From contig CAYXEW010000002.1 in NCBI GenBank assembly GCA_964464115.1, forward strand, positions 488 through 64,487: a DNA stretch of 64,000 nucleotides. Direction: 5' to 3'. Source of the DNA: an uncultured Verrucomicrobiota bacterium. Its GTDB lineage: Bacteria; Verrucomicrobiota; Kiritimatiellia; CAYTQP01; CAYXEW01. This document shows, piece by piece, positions 62,518 through 64,000 of the stretch. The number at the start of each line of letters is the position of its first letter. The stretch's first letter is position 1. Made by a program: the position numbers and the translations under genes. The notes beneath the pieces were generated by a model that was given only the letters and a program-made list of their open reading frames with translations, did not search any database and was not told where the DNA came from.

Positions 62518-63636
62518 TTAGACCAGTTCACGAAATACCGTATCGCTTATAAAATGAGCCCGCTCACTCAACTTGAGGCGGCCCGCCTCTTCGATGAGCA
62601 ATCCGTCTTTTTGAAGGTCTCTGATTTGTGAGCCGGCAAGGCTGTCAAACGTATACCCCGCCTTTTCTATGAATGCTGTTTCGGGCACTCCATCTACTAG
62701 ACGAAGCCAGGTAATCAGCACTTCACGGGCTTTCTCTTTCGAACCCAGTTTTTCGCTGAAAGAGTGCGGTCGGCGCCCAGCGTTCACGTGTGTTTCATAC
62801 ACCTTTATGTCCGGGATATTTGCACTTCTGACACCCTGGACATGCTCGTGTGCTGACGGCCCGTAACCGGCAAACTCACCGCCACACCAATACTTCATAT
62901 TGTGCCGACATTCATGACCGGGCAGGGCAAAATTTGATATTTCATAATGATGATATCCGAGTTTTTTCAAGCTATTGCGCAGCGATTCAAACTGCTGAGC
63001 AGCGAAGACTTCATAATCCTGAGAGCTCACTTCATGTATCCATTTTTTATAGAGAGGAACCCCTTTTTCCAATGACAGGCAGTAACTCGAAACATGATGC
63101 GGTCTCAGTGAAGCCACTAAAGAGAGATCCCGCTCCAGCCATGAGGCCGGTGAGGTCGGCACACCGTACATCAAATCAATATTCAAATTGAAATATCCGC
63201 ACTCCATAATGTGGTGGCATTTATGCAGGGCGTCTTCGGCCTGCCCGCGACGGCCCAGCCGACCGAGAGCATCCTGTTGAAAGCTCTGGATTCCCATTGA
63301 TATGCGCGTCACCCCGCGCTGCCGACAGACAGTCTCTTTTGCATCGGTCCATGAAGAGGGGTTACTCTCGACCGTCCACTCACAGACAGATGGTATTCCG
63401 CACGCTTTGCCAACGCTGTACAGCAGACGGTCAAACAGGGCGTCTTCCAAGCATGTAGGACTGCCACCACCGATAAATACGGTGTCTACAGGCTGCGGTG
63501 GCTTTCTCAGCAGCAGTTCACGCTCTAAAGCGTCGACAAAAGCGATATGATCCTCCTGCATACCGCGCTTTGAATAGAAAGAGCAGTAAGGGCATTTACG
63601 CTCACAGAAAGGAAGATGCACATATACGCCGTACAT
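62518..63636 (-). CDS. hemW: Radical SAM HemW/HemN-like protein (heme chaperone / coproporphyrinogen oxidase-like)
   Basis: N-terminal VYVHLPFCERKCPYCSF (HemN-family CxxxCxxC context), 372 aa. Confidence 0.75.
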   Translation of the reverse strand: MYGVYVHLPFCERKCPYCSFYSKRGMQEDHIAFVDALERELLLRKPPQPVDTVFIGGGSPTCLEDALFDRLLYSVGKACGIPSVCEWTVESNPSSWTDAKETVCRQRGVTRISMGIQSFQQDALGRLGRRGQAEDALHKCHHIMECGYFNLNIDLMYGVPTSPASWLERDLSLVASLRPHHVSSYCLSLEKGVPLYKKWIHEVSSQDYEVFAAQQFESLRNSLKKLGYHHYEISNFALPGHECRHNMKYWCGGEFAGYGPSAHEHVQGVRSANIPDIKVYETHVNAGRRPHSFSEKLGSKEKAREVLITWLRLVDGVPETAFIEKAGYTFDSLAGSQIRDLQKDGLLIEEAGRLKLSERAHFISDTVFRELV

Positions 63637-64000
63637 AGTGTTTTACCCTAGAAAGAGCAGTTGGCCCGCAGCGAATAACACAGCTCATTCACAGCCAGCG
63701 GGTTGCGCAAAAGCCTCGACCCACCTTGCGGATGCGCCTGTGATTTTGCGTAACCCGTCGACATCAACGCAACTGCACGCTTCATCGGCATTCAACTACT
63801 CCTTCTAGATTTACTGTACTGTTAACATTATGAGAACACGGTTTACACTATCATGATGAGGAATGCTATGTCTCCCGAAATACGCAGTCTTTGCGATCTC
63901 TGAGTTCTTTTGCGGAGATTATAGGCTCTTCGTACTGTTTTGTGGAAAAGGTGTACTATCTGTATAACATCAGCGAATAGTGCGTCCAACCAAATCCCTA

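Noticed and set aside
63648-63791. 48-aa minus-strand ORF (MKRAVALMSTGYAKSQAHPQGGSRLLRNPLAVNELCYSLRANCSF) immediately upstream of hemW
   Set aside because: It is below the ORF-track cutoff, has no recognisable motif and no clear SD. It is possibly a leader peptide but is unsupported.

Overview
Bacterial chromosome segment of about 52% GC, from an organism of undetermined phylum. The gene content suggests an anaerobic fermenter: Rex, ackA-pta and [FeFe]-hydrogenase maturation genes are present.

The centre of the window, about 12.7-44.1 kb, is one uninterrupted minus-strand block: tRNA-Thr, tuf, tRNA-Trp, secE, nusG, rplKAJL, rpoBC, rpsL-rpsG-fusA, S10 operon, spc operon, alpha operon. It carries a non-ribosomal lipoprotein gene inserted between rpsS and rplV.

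The 5' third carries a mazEF toxin-antitoxin pair, tandem 72-bp hairpin repeats, a CE7 esterase, nadE, and a nitrogen-acquisition locus. That locus has a GAF-sigma54 (NifA-type) activator followed 9 nt later by a secreted SNase-ComEA nuclease, then three sigma54-type promoters driving an acidic outer-membrane barrel and two tandem amt-glnK pairs whose P-II proteins lack the Tyr51 modification site.

The 3' third carries a thioesterase, an isochorismatase, rex divergent from ackA-pta with a canonical Rex operator, an NMO/FabK-like gene, serA, a translationally coupled five-gene envelope operon, a short accessory island flanked by short direct repeats, a solitary AAA+ ATPase, and hydF-aspA-hemW. 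The envelope operon and the rpsS/rplV insertion are the most likely candidates for an undescribed system.

Non-ORF coordinates were counted from ORF anchors and may be off by +/-1-2 nt.
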